Virus record (IMG/VR): IMGVR_UViG_3300009071_000009
Location: 1-62,400 of that record
Length of the DNA stretch: 62,400 bases
Reading direction: 5' to 3' (one strand)
Source: a virus
Taxonomy: Duplodnaviria > Caudoviricetes
The number at the start of each line of letters is the position of its first letter. Within the stretch, counting starts at the first letter, position 1. Shown in pieces: positions 8,548-16,963 of the stretch. A program made the translations under genes and the position numbers. The notes under the pieces were generated by a model. It saw only the letters and a program-made list of their open reading frames with translations, was not told the origin of the DNA and searched no databases.

Positions 8548-8814
8548 ATGACAGACGAAATTTTCGATTTTGGTTTTACTGCAGTTGATGAGGATGAACT
8601 CACCGCTGTACAAAACACACAAGCTAAAGTAGTAGAGACTGAGTCTTTAGCCAGTGACACTCAAGATAGACTAGATAGCCTTTTCAATGCCATCACGCCT
8701 TTGCTGAATAACCTTAAAGCGAACCCTGATAAAGAATACATTCTATGGCCTAATAGGTTAGCTAAAGTTGAACAATTTGAAACAAAACTACAAAAAATAT
8801 ATCGTGGAACTTAA
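8548..8814 (+). CDS. Small conserved T4-like phage protein
   Basis: FDFGFTAVDEDEL…LKANPDKEYILWPNR motif. Confidence 0.8.
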   Translation: MTDEIFDFGFTAVDEDELTAVQNTQAKVVETESLASDTQDRLDSLFNAITPLLNNLKANPDKEYILWPNRLAKVEQFETKLQKIYRGT

Positions 8815-8822
8815 AAAAAACG

Positions 8823-8904
8823 TAAGTAATTGATTTCTATTAGTTTTTAATTGCACTTTTTCCTTTACATTCCCTATGCTATATGGTAGTATAGTTATAT
8901 CAAA
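8823..8904 (+). promoter_or_regulatory. Early promoter with upstream IHF-like site (copy 1)
   Basis: TAAGTAATTGATT at 8823; TTTACA(8864)-17 nt-TAGTAT(8887); 56 bp identical to 10172-10227. Confidence 0.8.
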
Positions 8905-8916
8905 AGGAGAAAAGAT

Positions 8917-9318
8917 ATGAAATTCGCAGTATACCAAATTCAAATGACTCGTGAAATCGCCGACAAAGTAAACGCAGGCGAAACTGTACCAGCATTTGAA
9001 GCTCGGAATAAAATGAACCTTGACTTTGCTGGTCACAAAATTGGTGGTTTGGCAGACGAGGCACTTACTGCTGGGTTTTATACTCACGTTGCTAACATTG
9101 AAGCTGATAGTGCAAACGATGTATTTGAAATTGGTAATATGGGTCCTGAGTCGGCAATCACTCGCTTTTCTCGTATGCACTCACTATCAGTTGGTGATCT
9201 TATCGTTGATGAAGAAGGTAATGTAATGGTTGTAGCTAACTATGGTTTTGTTGCAATCGGATTTAAGCCTGAAATGTCAGCCGCTAATTTAGTTTATAAT
9301 ATGGAGGAAGTAGCATAA
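8917..9318 (+). CDS. Hypothetical early protein, YodL-like motif
   Basis: HSLSVGDLIV motif; AAGGAG SD; directly behind promoter. Confidence 0.7.
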   Translation: MKFAVYQIQMTREIADKVNAGETVPAFEARNKMNLDFAGHKIGGLADEALTAGFYTHVANIEADSANDVFEIGNMGPESAITRFSRMHSLSVGDLIVDEEGNVMVVANYGFVAIGFKPEMSAANLVYNMEEVA

Positions 9319-9554
9319 TGACACCTTGGATTCAAGAAACCCGCAATGGCTTTGTAATGGCCGCGGACGAAGTCGCTCGCGTTCACGCTGAGATTGCTCA
9401 AGGTGAGCAATCGATTGCTGTCCAGATAGATATGAAAAAGTGGAGTGAGAAAGCCGGAATGTGGCCTAATGCTGAGTACAAAAATATAATTAAAGCTCAT
9501 GCTGAATCTCGTGGTTGGACGCAGGAAGGGTTTACTGGAATGGAGATACTGTAA
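9318..9554 (+). CDS. Hypothetical protein
   Basis: TAATG coupling, GGAGG SD. Confidence 0.7.
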   Translation: MTPWIQETRNGFVMAADEVARVHAEIAQGEQSIAVQIDMKKWSEKAGMWPNAEYKNIIKAHAESRGWTQEGFTGMEIL

Positions 9555-9793
9555 TGGATTCGATTGTAGATCCTTATATGGATGACATTATTGTAACTGA
9601 AAAGCTGCCGCGGCACGGTGGTCCTCAAGATCGTGGTGGCGCTGATGCATACTATCACCGGCCTTATGATCCTCACTACTATGTTGGTGGTTCAATGCAA
9701 TCTGAACGTGTTGAGAAAGACAACATGACTGTTGGTGAAATTGAGGCTTATAAGTATGGTTATGAAAATGAAGTTGATAGAAAAGAGTGGTGA
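9554..9793 (+). CDS. Conserved small phage protein
   Basis: RHGGPQDRGGADAYY motif; TAATG coupling gives start 9554. Confidence 0.75.
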   Translation: MDSIVDPYMDDIIVTEKLPRHGGPQDRGGADAYYHRPYDPHYYVGGSMQSERVEKDNMTVGEIEAYKYGYENEVDRKEW

Positions 9794-9930
9794 TTGAAAT
9801 TACAGGTATACTCCTTGACCGAGTTGAGAAGCGTGTATTTGATAATGTACTAGACGCTATAGAATTTAGAGACATTCTTGATGCTCATTACGCAAAAGTA
9901 ATATGGACACAGTACTATGTTTACGATTGA
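9790..9930 (+). CDS. 46-aa hypothetical protein (missing from ORF track)
   Basis: GTGA overlap; MIEITGILLDRVEKRVFDNVLDAIEFRDILDAHYAKVIWTQYYVYD fills the gap. Confidence 0.55.
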   Translation: MIEITGILLDRVEKRVFDNVLDAIEFRDILDAHYAKVIWTQYYVYD

Positions 9931-10156
9931 AATCGATTTGGATGAAACTGCCATTACAATTATGGATGATACAGGAGAGCTTGAAGATGTTCAAGCTCTT
10001 TTGTACGAAGATTACTGCCATTTTAGACAATGGAACGAAAAAACTAATAAGTTTGAGGTAATTACTTTAAAGGCTGAAATGTATTTAAAGCTAATGGAAT
10101 CTTGGAAGCTTAGCGATGGCACATATGTCTTAGAGAAAAAAAACGTAAGTAGTTGA
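9917..10156 (+). CDS. Hypothetical protein
   Basis: 79-aa ORF in packed early cluster. Confidence 0.7.
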   Translation: MFTIEIDLDETAITIMDDTGELEDVQALLYEDYCHFRQWNEKTNKFEVITLKAEMYLKLMESWKLSDGTYVLEKKNVSS

Positions 10157-10227
10157 TTTTAAACGGAAACAAATTGCACTTTTTCCTTTACATTCCCTAT
10201 GCTATATGGTAGTATAGTTATATCAAA
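10146..10227 (+). promoter_or_regulatory. Early promoter with upstream IHF-like site (copy 2)
   Basis: TAAGTAGTTGATT at 10146; TTTACA(10187)-17 nt-TAGTAT(10210). Confidence 0.8.
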
Positions 10228-10236
10228 TAAGGAAAT

Positions 10237-10425
10237 ATGATTATGATGATTATGACTGATATTCAAGATACCCTAGCAATGCAGAATAAGCTTTCTAGCT
10301 TACTACGTCGCTCTAATACTTTTGGAATGTCTAAGTCTGACATTCAAGTTGAACTTGATATGATTATTAGTGATCTTATCTCAAATGTAAATCGTATGGA
10401 AAATGAAATGAAGGAGTCTATATAA
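10237..10425 (+). CDS. Hypothetical early protein
   Basis: AAGGA SD downstream of promoter. Confidence 0.65.
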   Translation: MIMMIMTDIQDTLAMQNKLSSLLRRSNTFGMSKSDIQVELDMIISDLISNVNRMENEMKESI

Positions 10426-10670
10426 TGGAAATCGCAAATACTCAAGTTGAACGTCTTGCTCTTATCAAGAAAATCGCTAACCGCAAGAAAAAACTTGCAG
10501 AGGTCAAATCTAAAACTCGTAAAATGCGTGCTCCTAAAGTTGATCGTTCTTTTATGAACATCCCTAAAGAGTCTAACATGTATCAGTGGACTGATGCTTC
10601 TAAATATGCTAAAGAGTATTATGGTGAAACATTGCACTATACAACTAAATTTGACAATGACTGGGATTAA
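10425..10670 (+). CDS. Hypothetical basic protein
   Basis: AAGGAG SD, TAATG coupling. Confidence 0.7.
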   Translation: MEIANTQVERLALIKKIANRKKKLAEVKSKTRKMRAPKVDRSFMNIPKESNMYQWTDASKYAKEYYGETLHYTTKFDNDWD

Positions 10671-10929
10671 TCAAGAAATTCGTAATAGGATTCGTCTTTC
10701 TGTCGCAGCTTATGCTTATGAGATGGAAGACAATCCTATTATGGGTGATTATGAGTTTGACGAATTATCCAAGACTATCAATCCTGCTGAAAAAACTGGT
10801 AATAGAAAAATGGATAATTTTTTCAAAAAACATTTCAATCCTGACACCGGTATGTGGATCCGTTTTCATCCTGAGAGGCAGAAAATAAAATGGATTTATG
10901 ATACATATTATAAAAATAAATGCAAATAA
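10657..10929 (+). CDS. Small protein resembling domain Ia of NAD-dependent DNA ligase
   Basis: AAYAYEMEDNPIMGDYEFDEL resembles YY..D.P.isD.eyD.L. Confidence 0.6.
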   Translation: MTGINQEIRNRIRLSVAAYAYEMEDNPIMGDYEFDELSKTINPAEKTGNRKMDNFFKKHFNPDTGMWIRFHPERQKIKWIYDTYYKNKCK

Positions 10930-10953
10930 AATGAAAATAATGCATTTTAGGGG

Positions 10954-10982
10954 TGTACAATCGGTTTAAACTATGGTAGTAT
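10954..10982 (+). promoter_or_regulatory. Early sigma70-type promoter
   Basis: TGTACA-17 nt-TAGTAT with TATGG. Confidence 0.75.
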
Positions 10983-10989
10983 AATTTAT

Positions 10990-11230
10990 CAAATGGGGAA
11001 AAGGAGACTCTTTTAATCAACGTCCGTGTAGAGGGAACCGGACCTAGAAGCACTTGGAAGAAATCGACTTACAAATGACGACGGTGCTATCTAACAATCG
11101 TATTAGATAGTAAATATAGCGAAACTAGTAAGTTAGATCCAATTGGTTTCAATCAAACTAGAGCGGCAATGTCAATAAGGCCGTGCGGAGAGATTGGAGA
11201 TACTAGGGGCGTTGATTTAAGGAGTTTTTA
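10990..11230 (+). ncRNA. Candidate structured non-coding RNA or 5' leader
   Basis: Apparent intergenic gap of ~240 nt after a promoter, with a long closing helix and at least six nested stems. Confidence 0.6.
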
Positions 11231-11232
11231 TT

Positions 11233-11439
11233 ATGAGAACTGTACACTATGTTGGTATGAGCGAGGCTCGTTATGAGGCAGCCCGCAGGGTCTTCGGTGG
11301 TCCTGCTTACTATCACAAATATATGGACGCTAGAGTCTATAGTGAAGTTGGTGATAGTGATGTTGTTATTGTAGGTGATGCTAGAATGCAACCATATGTA
11401 TGGGATGCATCTGCAGTTGATAGGGAATATACAGAATGA
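11233..11439 (+). CDS. Hypothetical protein
   Basis: AAGGAG SD, 68 aa. Confidence 0.7.
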   Translation: MRTVHYVGMSEARYEAARRVFGGPAYYHKYMDARVYSEVGDSDVVIVGDARMQPYVWDASAVDREYTE

Positions 11440-11621
11440 TTTTTTCTACTAATGGTATCAACACTCAAAATCATTGGATGGTTGGCATTCAATGGCCCTT
11501 TGCTAAAGGTACTGTTACTATGCATGACGAAGGTTTTAGCTGTACATGTCAAAAGAAACCACGTAAAGCGTGTAGTCACATTACAAACGTAAAGCTAAGA
11601 ATATACGGAGTGTTCCAATGA
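11436..11621 (+). CDS. Small SWIM-type zinc-finger-like protein
   Basis: CTC…CSH motif; ATGA overlap. Confidence 0.6.
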   Translation: MIFSTNGINTQNHWMVGIQWPFAKGTVTMHDEGFSCTCQKKPRKACSHITNVKLRIYGVFQ

Positions 11622-11962
11622 GTATGCATATGATTCGTGGTATTCAAGTCCATGGTAAATCAAAGGTTAAACGTAAACCCGGTTGGAAAAAAGCTCAGCA
11701 GGAGCACGAAGAATTTCTGAAGAAAATGGGTGTGACTGGCAAAAAATCTAACTATCGAGCTCCTATGCCTGATTATAGTTCAGATCGTCAGTCACCTCCA
11801 ACTTCAGATGTTATATGTGGTAATGGTACTAAAAAAGATGCAGTGCAATACACTGGTAATGAGATTGCCGGTATTGTTACTACACATAAGTCAAATCTAA
11901 TGCCTGTCCGTAAAGACAACAAAAAAGCTTTTGTTGATGCAGCGCAAATGAGGAGAAATTAG
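11618..11962 (+). CDS. Conserved T4-like phage protein
   Basis: YTG…GIVTTHKSNLMPV motif. Confidence 0.75.
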   Translation: MSMHMIRGIQVHGKSKVKRKPGWKKAQQEHEEFLKKMGVTGKKSNYRAPMPDYSSDRQSPPTSDVICGNGTKKDAVQYTGNEIAGIVTTHKSNLMPVRKDNKKAFVDAAQMRRN

Positions 11963-11985
11963 GTGCTAAAAGCCGGACGTGATTC

Positions 11986-12744
11986 ATGATAAATTGGGAC
12001 ATATTTCACGATAGAGGATATGTCATTTCTGACAAAATATTTAGAGATGAAGATATCGCATCTCTAAATGTAATAGCTAGTAAACTAAATCCATCTATTG
12101 GTCAATCAAAACAAGGATGGTATAATTATTTACGTTTACATGAAGAACGTGATCAAGGCGTTGATATACTTAATGATATTGACTGGTCATATTTCTGGTC
12201 CCATACTCCTTTAGACAATCCAATTATCAACGAAAAAATTCTACCAGCATTATCTAAAATTTGTGATCAAGCCTTTGATGGATGGGATTGGGGATGGCAG
12301 GATACAAATCGCTATATTGTTCAAAATTATCCTCACGATGAGTCTGAAGCTGGAATTCATCCTCATTTTGATGCTCCATACATTTGGCCTCAAATGCTAG
12401 AAAAACAAATGGCGAAAGAATTACAAGAAGGAATCTTAAGTGTCACCTTTATTGTTCCATTAATGAACTTTACTGTGGAAACTGGTGCTACAGGTGTAGT
12501 GCCAGGGACTCATAAATTTATTTGGGATACAACTAAGTGGAATGATGCTAAAGATTACACCACACAATTTTTTAAAGATAACTATGTACAACCAGAAGTA
12601 GAAATGGGTAGAGTTGCATGTTTTTATGGAAATATTTTACATAGTGTTATGCCAAACAAATCTGATATGATTAGGCGTGGAATAATTTATCGAGGCATAA
12701 GACAAGATGCACTTGATGAAATGAAAAAATATGAACTAGGATAA
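11986..12744 (+). CDS. 2OG-Fe(II) dioxygenase, phytanoyl-CoA dioxygenase-like
   Basis: HFD…GATGVVPGTH…LHSVMPN…R facial-triad pattern. Confidence 0.85.
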   Translation: MINWDIFHDRGYVISDKIFRDEDIASLNVIASKLNPSIGQSKQGWYNYLRLHEERDQGVDILNDIDWSYFWSHTPLDNPIINEKILPALSKICDQAFDGWDWGWQDTNRYIVQNYPHDESEAGIHPHFDAPYIWPQMLEKQMAKELQEGILSVTFIVPLMNFTVETGATGVVPGTHKFIWDTTKWNDAKDYTTQFFKDNYVQPEVEMGRVACFYGNILHSVMPNKSDMIRRGIIYRGIRQDALDEMKKYELG

Positions 12745-12754
12745 GGAAATACGA

Positions 12755-13015
12755 ATGTATAAAGAAGATATTGTAGCACATCTTGTACGTAAAACTGCTA
12801 CCATCACTTTTGATAAAAAAGATGGTACTCAACGTGTAATGAATTGCACTCTAATGAAAAATCTGTTGCCTGAACAAATGGACATTGAAGAAAAAATGGA
12901 TGGTGATCGTGTAGCTGGTAATCCAAATGTGCTAGCAGTATGGGATCTTGAAAAAAATGATTGGCGAAGTTTTAGAATTGATAGTGTCAAAGAAATGGTT
13001 TTTCACGACGTATAA
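12755..13015 (+). CDS. SH3-like beta-barrel (WYL_2/DUF2693-type) protein
   Basis: FDKKDGTQRVM…VWDLEKNDWRSFR. Confidence 0.8.
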   Translation: MYKEDIVAHLVRKTATITFDKKDGTQRVMNCTLMKNLLPEQMDIEEKMDGDRVAGNPNVLAVWDLEKNDWRSFRIDSVKEMVFHDV

Positions 13016-13018
13016 ATA
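13011..13018 (+). promoter_or_regulatory. T4-type late promoter
   Basis: TATAAATA. Confidence 0.7.
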
Positions 13019-13042
13019 GTGGTATTACTACCGGAGAAAAGC

Positions 13043-13387
13043 ATGGAAAATGAATTCGATTCAAATGGATATGGAATTTTAATTCGTACTGAAGATTCAG
13101 ATGATTTAGCTGTTTTAGCTGATGCCAGGCCTCCAGGGCAGGACATTCTTAATCCTGCAGTTACTGCAATCAAAGATATGTTTTGGAGGAAGTTTGGAAA
13201 AATATGGATAGACGATAATCCTCTTCCCTATCACGTTACGATAGATGAAGGCATACCAACACCAGATGGCAGAGAAATAAACGAATACTTTAGTAGTGAT
13301 AGTATTACTTTGTGGGAATATCGAAGTAATAAATGGTTAACTTTTCATATTACGCAAGTCGCAGGAACAAAAACAGGTAGTAAGTAA
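13043..13387 (+). CDS. Hypothetical protein with diverged SH3-barrel-like C-terminus
   Basis: GGAG SD before ATG 13043; LWEYRSNKWLTFHITQV resembles the end of the upstream gene product. Confidence 0.65.
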   Translation: MENEFDSNGYGILIRTEDSDDLAVLADARPPGQDILNPAVTAIKDMFWRKFGKIWIDDNPLPYHVTIDEGIPTPDGREINEYFSSDSITLWEYRSNKWLTFHITQVAGTKTGSK

Positions 13388-13563
13388 TGAATATAGCAAT
13401 ACCTTTTTTAATTTGGATATCAATGCTAGCATGCTGGCTTGTTGGTCGGCGATCAACTCAAGAGGAAGTAATTGAAGCAACTATCGATACTTTAATTCAA
13501 AAGGGGTATTTGAAGGCTAGCGTTGATGAAGATGGTGAAATTATTTTAGAAAAAATTAAATAA
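13387..13563 (+). CDS. 58-aa membrane-anchored hypothetical protein (missing from ORF track)
   Basis: MNIAIPFLIWISMLACWLVGRR…EIILEKIK; TAATG coupling. Confidence 0.65.
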   Translation: MNIAIPFLIWISMLACWLVGRRSTQEEVIEATIDTLIQKGYLKASVDEDGEIILEKIK

Positions 13564-13567
13564 ATGG

Positions 13568-13596
13568 TTTACTTTTGATTTAAACTATGGTAGAAT
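13568..13596 (+). promoter_or_regulatory. Early sigma70-type promoter
   Basis: TTTACT-17 nt-TAGAAT with TATGG. Confidence 0.7.
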
Positions 13597-13624
13597 ATAC
13601 TATATTTAATGATGGAGGAAGCCA

Positions 13625-14098
13625 ATGGCTATTCGTAAAAAGCGTAAACCAATGTCACCGGAACAGCGTGCTGCAGCGGGCGAAAGATTAAAAAAAGCTC
13701 GTGAAAAACGCATGAAGGAAAATCCACCTCAGTATAAAAACATTGCTTCTGGCGTTCTTGAACGTTCTGAAGATGATCCATTTTATTTCCGTAAAATTCA
13801 AGAGTGGATTAAAGTTCAAAAAGAAGAATTATCTATCGCTCGTAGCATGCTTCGTAGAAAAGAAAAAGGAGCAGAAGGTAAGGTAGCTAATCACCAAGCT
13901 TACATTCGTAATCTTGAAACATTTCTAAGAACTGGTACTTACCAAGATATGTTTTATGGAGAGCAACAGCAGAATAAGATTAGGTACGTCTGCCACACTC
14001 CAGCCTATGACAAGGATGGAAACCAAAAATATTCATATGGTGTCTTCTATCCTAGTCTAGGAGTTACCTACACAGGTCTAGAGGAAGAAGATGGTTGA
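13625..14098 (+). CDS. Hypothetical basic protein upstream of gp33
   Basis: GGAGG SD; 157 aa. Confidence 0.8.
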   Translation: MAIRKKRKPMSPEQRAAAGERLKKAREKRMKENPPQYKNIASGVLERSEDDPFYFRKIQEWIKVQKEELSIARSMLRRKEKGAEGKVANHQAYIRNLETFLRTGTYQDMFYGEQQQNKIRYVCHTPAYDKDGNQKYSYGVFYPSLGVTYTGLEEEDG

Positions 14099-14324
14099 AG
14101 TAGAATTTATGAATAAATCAAAATTTAGTAAAATAGTAGAAAAGCAGGTTATGGACAAAAAACTCGACTACATTGAAGCTGTAGTCGAGGCCTGCAAAGC
14201 AACAAACATCGATCCAGAAGATGTAAAGAAATTCATCTCTCCTGTTATCAAGGAGAAGATTGAAGCAGAGGCAATGCGATTAAACTATTTGCCTCGACAA
14301 AATGAACTATTGTTTTTTGAATAA
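14091..14324 (+). CDS. 33: Late transcription co-activator gp33
   Basis: YIEAVVEAC…ISPVIKEKIEAEAMRLNYL; position before gene 32. Confidence 0.9.
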   Translation: MVEVEFMNKSKFSKIVEKQVMDKKLDYIEAVVEACKATNIDPEDVKKFISPVIKEKIEAEAMRLNYLPRQNELLFFE

Positions 14325-14331
14325 ATAGTCA

Positions 14332-14360
14332 TGTACATTTCAGAAAATATAGTGTATAAT
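14332..14360 (+). promoter_or_regulatory. Sigma70-type promoter of gene 32 (late-like AATAAATA at 14320 too)
   Basis: TGTACA-17 nt-TATAAT. Confidence 0.7.
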
Positions 14361-14397
14361 ATTTCAGTAACATTTCAGACATACGGAGAATACAATA

Positions 14398-15315
14398 ATG
14401 TCTTTTGCAAACCTTAAACGTAATAAAAATAAAATTGACCAGTTGGTAGCAGCAGCGGAAGCAACTGGTGGCGGAAATTCAAATAACAAGTATGAAGATA
14501 CTCGTTTTTGGAAACCTACTGTAGACAAAGCCAATAATGGCTACGCTGTAATTCGATTTTTACCAGCAGCTGAAGGTAATGACTTGCCGTGGAATCGCTA
14601 TTGGGACCACGGGTTTAAGGGCCCAACAGGTCGTTGGTATATCGAAAAATCACTTACTTCAATTGGACAAAACGATCCAGTCGGTGAATTAAACTCTCGC
14701 CTCTGGAACTCAGGTGTTGAGTCTGACAAACAAAAAGCCCGTAATCAAAAACGTCGGCTTCATTATGTATCAAACGTAATGGTTGTCAATGATCCAGCAA
14801 ATCCAGACAATGAAGGTAAAGTGTTCCTTTATCAGTATGGTAAAAAAATCTTTGATAAACTAATGGATGCTATGCAACCTGAGTTTGCTGATGAAGAACC
14901 AGTTAACCCATTCGATTTTTGGAATGGTGCGAACTTTAAGCTCAAAATTCGTGATGTTGAAGGTTATCGTAATTATGATAAGTCTGAGTTCTCTGCTTCT
15001 AGCGCATTAAATGACAGTGATGCAGAGCTTGAAAAAATTTATAATGGACTTTATGATTTACGTGAATTTGCTGACGCAGCTCAGTATAAATCTTATGACG
15101 AGCTTAAAGCAAAGTTGATGAGTGTCCTTGGTGAAGAAGCAAATGCTGGCGCATTAAAGATTGATGATGAAATCAAGTTAGGCAATGAAACTCCAGCGCC
15201 TACTATGAAAGAAACAGCACCATCAACTATTGAAGAGACTATCTCATCTAATGATGATGAAGATGATCTCATGGCTCATTTTTCTCAGCTTCTGGATGAC
15301 GACGAAGCTGCTTAA
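14398..15315 (+). CDS. 32: Single-stranded DNA-binding protein gp32
   Basis: DTRFWKP, GYAVIRFLP, YGKKIFDK, PFDFWNGANFKLKI, NYDKSEF, acidic tail. Confidence 0.97.
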   Translation: MSFANLKRNKNKIDQLVAAAEATGGGNSNNKYEDTRFWKPTVDKANNGYAVIRFLPAAEGNDLPWNRYWDHGFKGPTGRWYIEKSLTSIGQNDPVGELNSRLWNSGVESDKQKARNQKRRLHYVSNVMVVNDPANPDNEGKVFLYQYGKKIFDKLMDAMQPEFADEEPVNPFDFWNGANFKLKIRDVEGYRNYDKSEFSASSALNDSDAELEKIYNGLYDLREFADAAQYKSYDELKAKLMSVLGEEANAGALKIDDEIKLGNETPAPTMKETAPSTIEETISSNDDEDDLMAHFSQLLDDDEAA

Positions 15316-16955
15316 AATGGAACTGATGCCTCGGTGGTGAATGGCATCGCCGGGGCATTCATTACTGTAGTGTCATTGTTGTTAGTCACTCTAGCATCGT
15401 TCACTGCATTGACAACTTGATTTTGGAATGCATTTCCTAATGTAGTAAGTCTATCTCTTTGTGCTTGCATCATATCAGCTAATTCATTATTTCTTCTACT
15501 AATGTTAGAATCTCTTGATGCATTTCTTCTATTAATGCTTGCTTGCGCTGAAGCTCTAGATGAAGCATCGCCAACGCCAGCAGTAAATCCTTCAGTAATT
15601 ACTATTTCTTTATTAAATGGCCAAGGTAGTGTAATAGCTAGCTTTGGCATAGTAAACTGTAAATTCTCTGACAACATCAAATAAAGCTCATCTCCAATAT
15701 TAGCAACAAATGTTGTTAGTCTTTCGAATGCATTTTTAATACCGGTGACTATCTTAGTAATTTGTATTTCAAAGTCAGCTACAATAATATCTTTCATTAA
15801 TATAAAGTTATCAGCAACAAAACCAACTACACCTTTTATTCCAGCCCATAATGGATCAACTAAATCAGTAAAGCTAAATCCACGTAAGATTTCAGCCATG
15901 TTGTCCATTCCAAATTTTTCAAGTAACCAAGCTGGAACAGTAAAGAATAATAAGTCAAAGGCTTCAGTAATGCCTTTAATGACACCAATTACACCTCCTT
16001 CAACACCTGCTAATAATTTTTGGCCAAATGTGTCTCCGTCTTCTCCACTATTAAATCCTTCATAAAATCCTTGTACAAAATCAATTACAGTTAATACGAT
16101 TTGAGTAAATGGCCTTAGAGCAGTTTTCATAATAAATTCTAAAGGTTTTAAAGCTGGCTTTAAGATATTGAATATAGATCCAATGACACCAAGTATGCCT
16201 TTTCCAGCAACGCCAGTACCTCCATCTGGAAAATTACCAATAATGTTCATAACACCTTCTGTAAAGGTTTGTATACTCTGCATTTTTGGAAATTCTACAG
16301 TAATCTTTGGTAGTTTTGGCATGTTAATATCTTGAACAGCACCAATAATTTTACCACTTATAGCATCTTTATATTGTATGGCTGGTAATTTTATTTTATA
16401 ATCTATAAAATCTTTTGCAGCATCAATTGCTTTACCAGCGCCGTCCATAAACCGCAGCGCTGGTAATTTTATTTTATAGTCTATAAACTCAGTTATAGCA
16501 TCTCCTGCAGCAGTTAGAAATCTTAGCTTAGGAATATCTGGCATTTCGATTTTTACTTTTGGTAAAGCATCAAATACATTTTTAAATCCTTTTAAAAAGC
16601 TTTTAATGTTTGTTACTACGCTAGGTAGTTTAAGAGCTTTTAGTGCTGCATCTAATCCAGTTAATGATGCCAATCCTCCTAAAGCTAAAGGTCCTAACAT
16701 ACCTCTTAACATACCAGGAAGACCTCCTAGCATTCCACCACCGCCGCCGCTTGAGCTTCTAGAATTGTTATTATTAAAGTTAACTTTAGTTTGCTTTTGA
16801 GCTTCCCTCATCATTTCTAGTTCTTTTAATCGTTGCCGATCTTCTAACTGAAATCTTTTTGCAAATAAATCATACAACTGATCAATCACGGTTTCCGTGT
16901 TTTCTTGGCTTTTTCTAGTTGCTGTAATTTCTTTAGTTAAGGATTCTAAGCTCAT
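15312..16955 (-). CDS. Tail tape measure / baseplate hub (gp29-like)
   Basis: Long helical, Gly/Ala-rich amphipathic protein downstream of gp26/gp51; start moved to MSLESL (16955) because upstream codons overlap gp51. Confidence 0.6.
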   Translation of the reverse strand: MSLESLTKEITATRKSQENTETVIDQLYDLFAKRFQLEDRQRLKELEMMREAQKQTKVNFNNNNSRSSSGGGGGMLGGLPGMLRGMLGPLALGGLASLTGLDAALKALKLPSVVTNIKSFLKGFKNVFDALPKVKIEMPDIPKLRFLTAAGDAITEFIDYKIKLPALRFMDGAGKAIDAAKDFIDYKIKLPAIQYKDAISGKIIGAVQDINMPKLPKITVEFPKMQSIQTFTEGVMNIIGNFPDGGTGVAGKGILGVIGSIFNILKPALKPLEFIMKTALRPFTQIVLTVIDFVQGFYEGFNSGEDGDTFGQKLLAGVEGGVIGVIKGITEAFDLLFFTVPAWLLEKFGMDNMAEILRGFSFTDLVDPLWAGIKGVVGFVADNFILMKDIIVADFEIQITKIVTGIKNAFERLTTFVANIGDELYLMLSENLQFTMPKLAITLPWPFNKEIVITEGFTAGVGDASSRASAQASINRRNASRDSNISRRNNELADMMQAQRDRLTTLGNAFQNQVVNAVNDARVTNNNDTTVMNAPAMPFTTEASVPF

Positions 16956-16963
16956 AATGGTTT

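Noticed and set aside
11071-11125. tmRNA tag-like reading (ACA AAT GAC GAC…TAA) and hammerhead-like ATGACGA…GAAA
   Set aside because: No tRNA-like domain or CCA end; the hammerhead core needs CUGANGA and correctly placed stems, which are not met
11005-11227. Retron msr-msd (terminal inverted repeats)
   Set aside because: No reverse transcriptase in the window; kept only as a generic structured RNA
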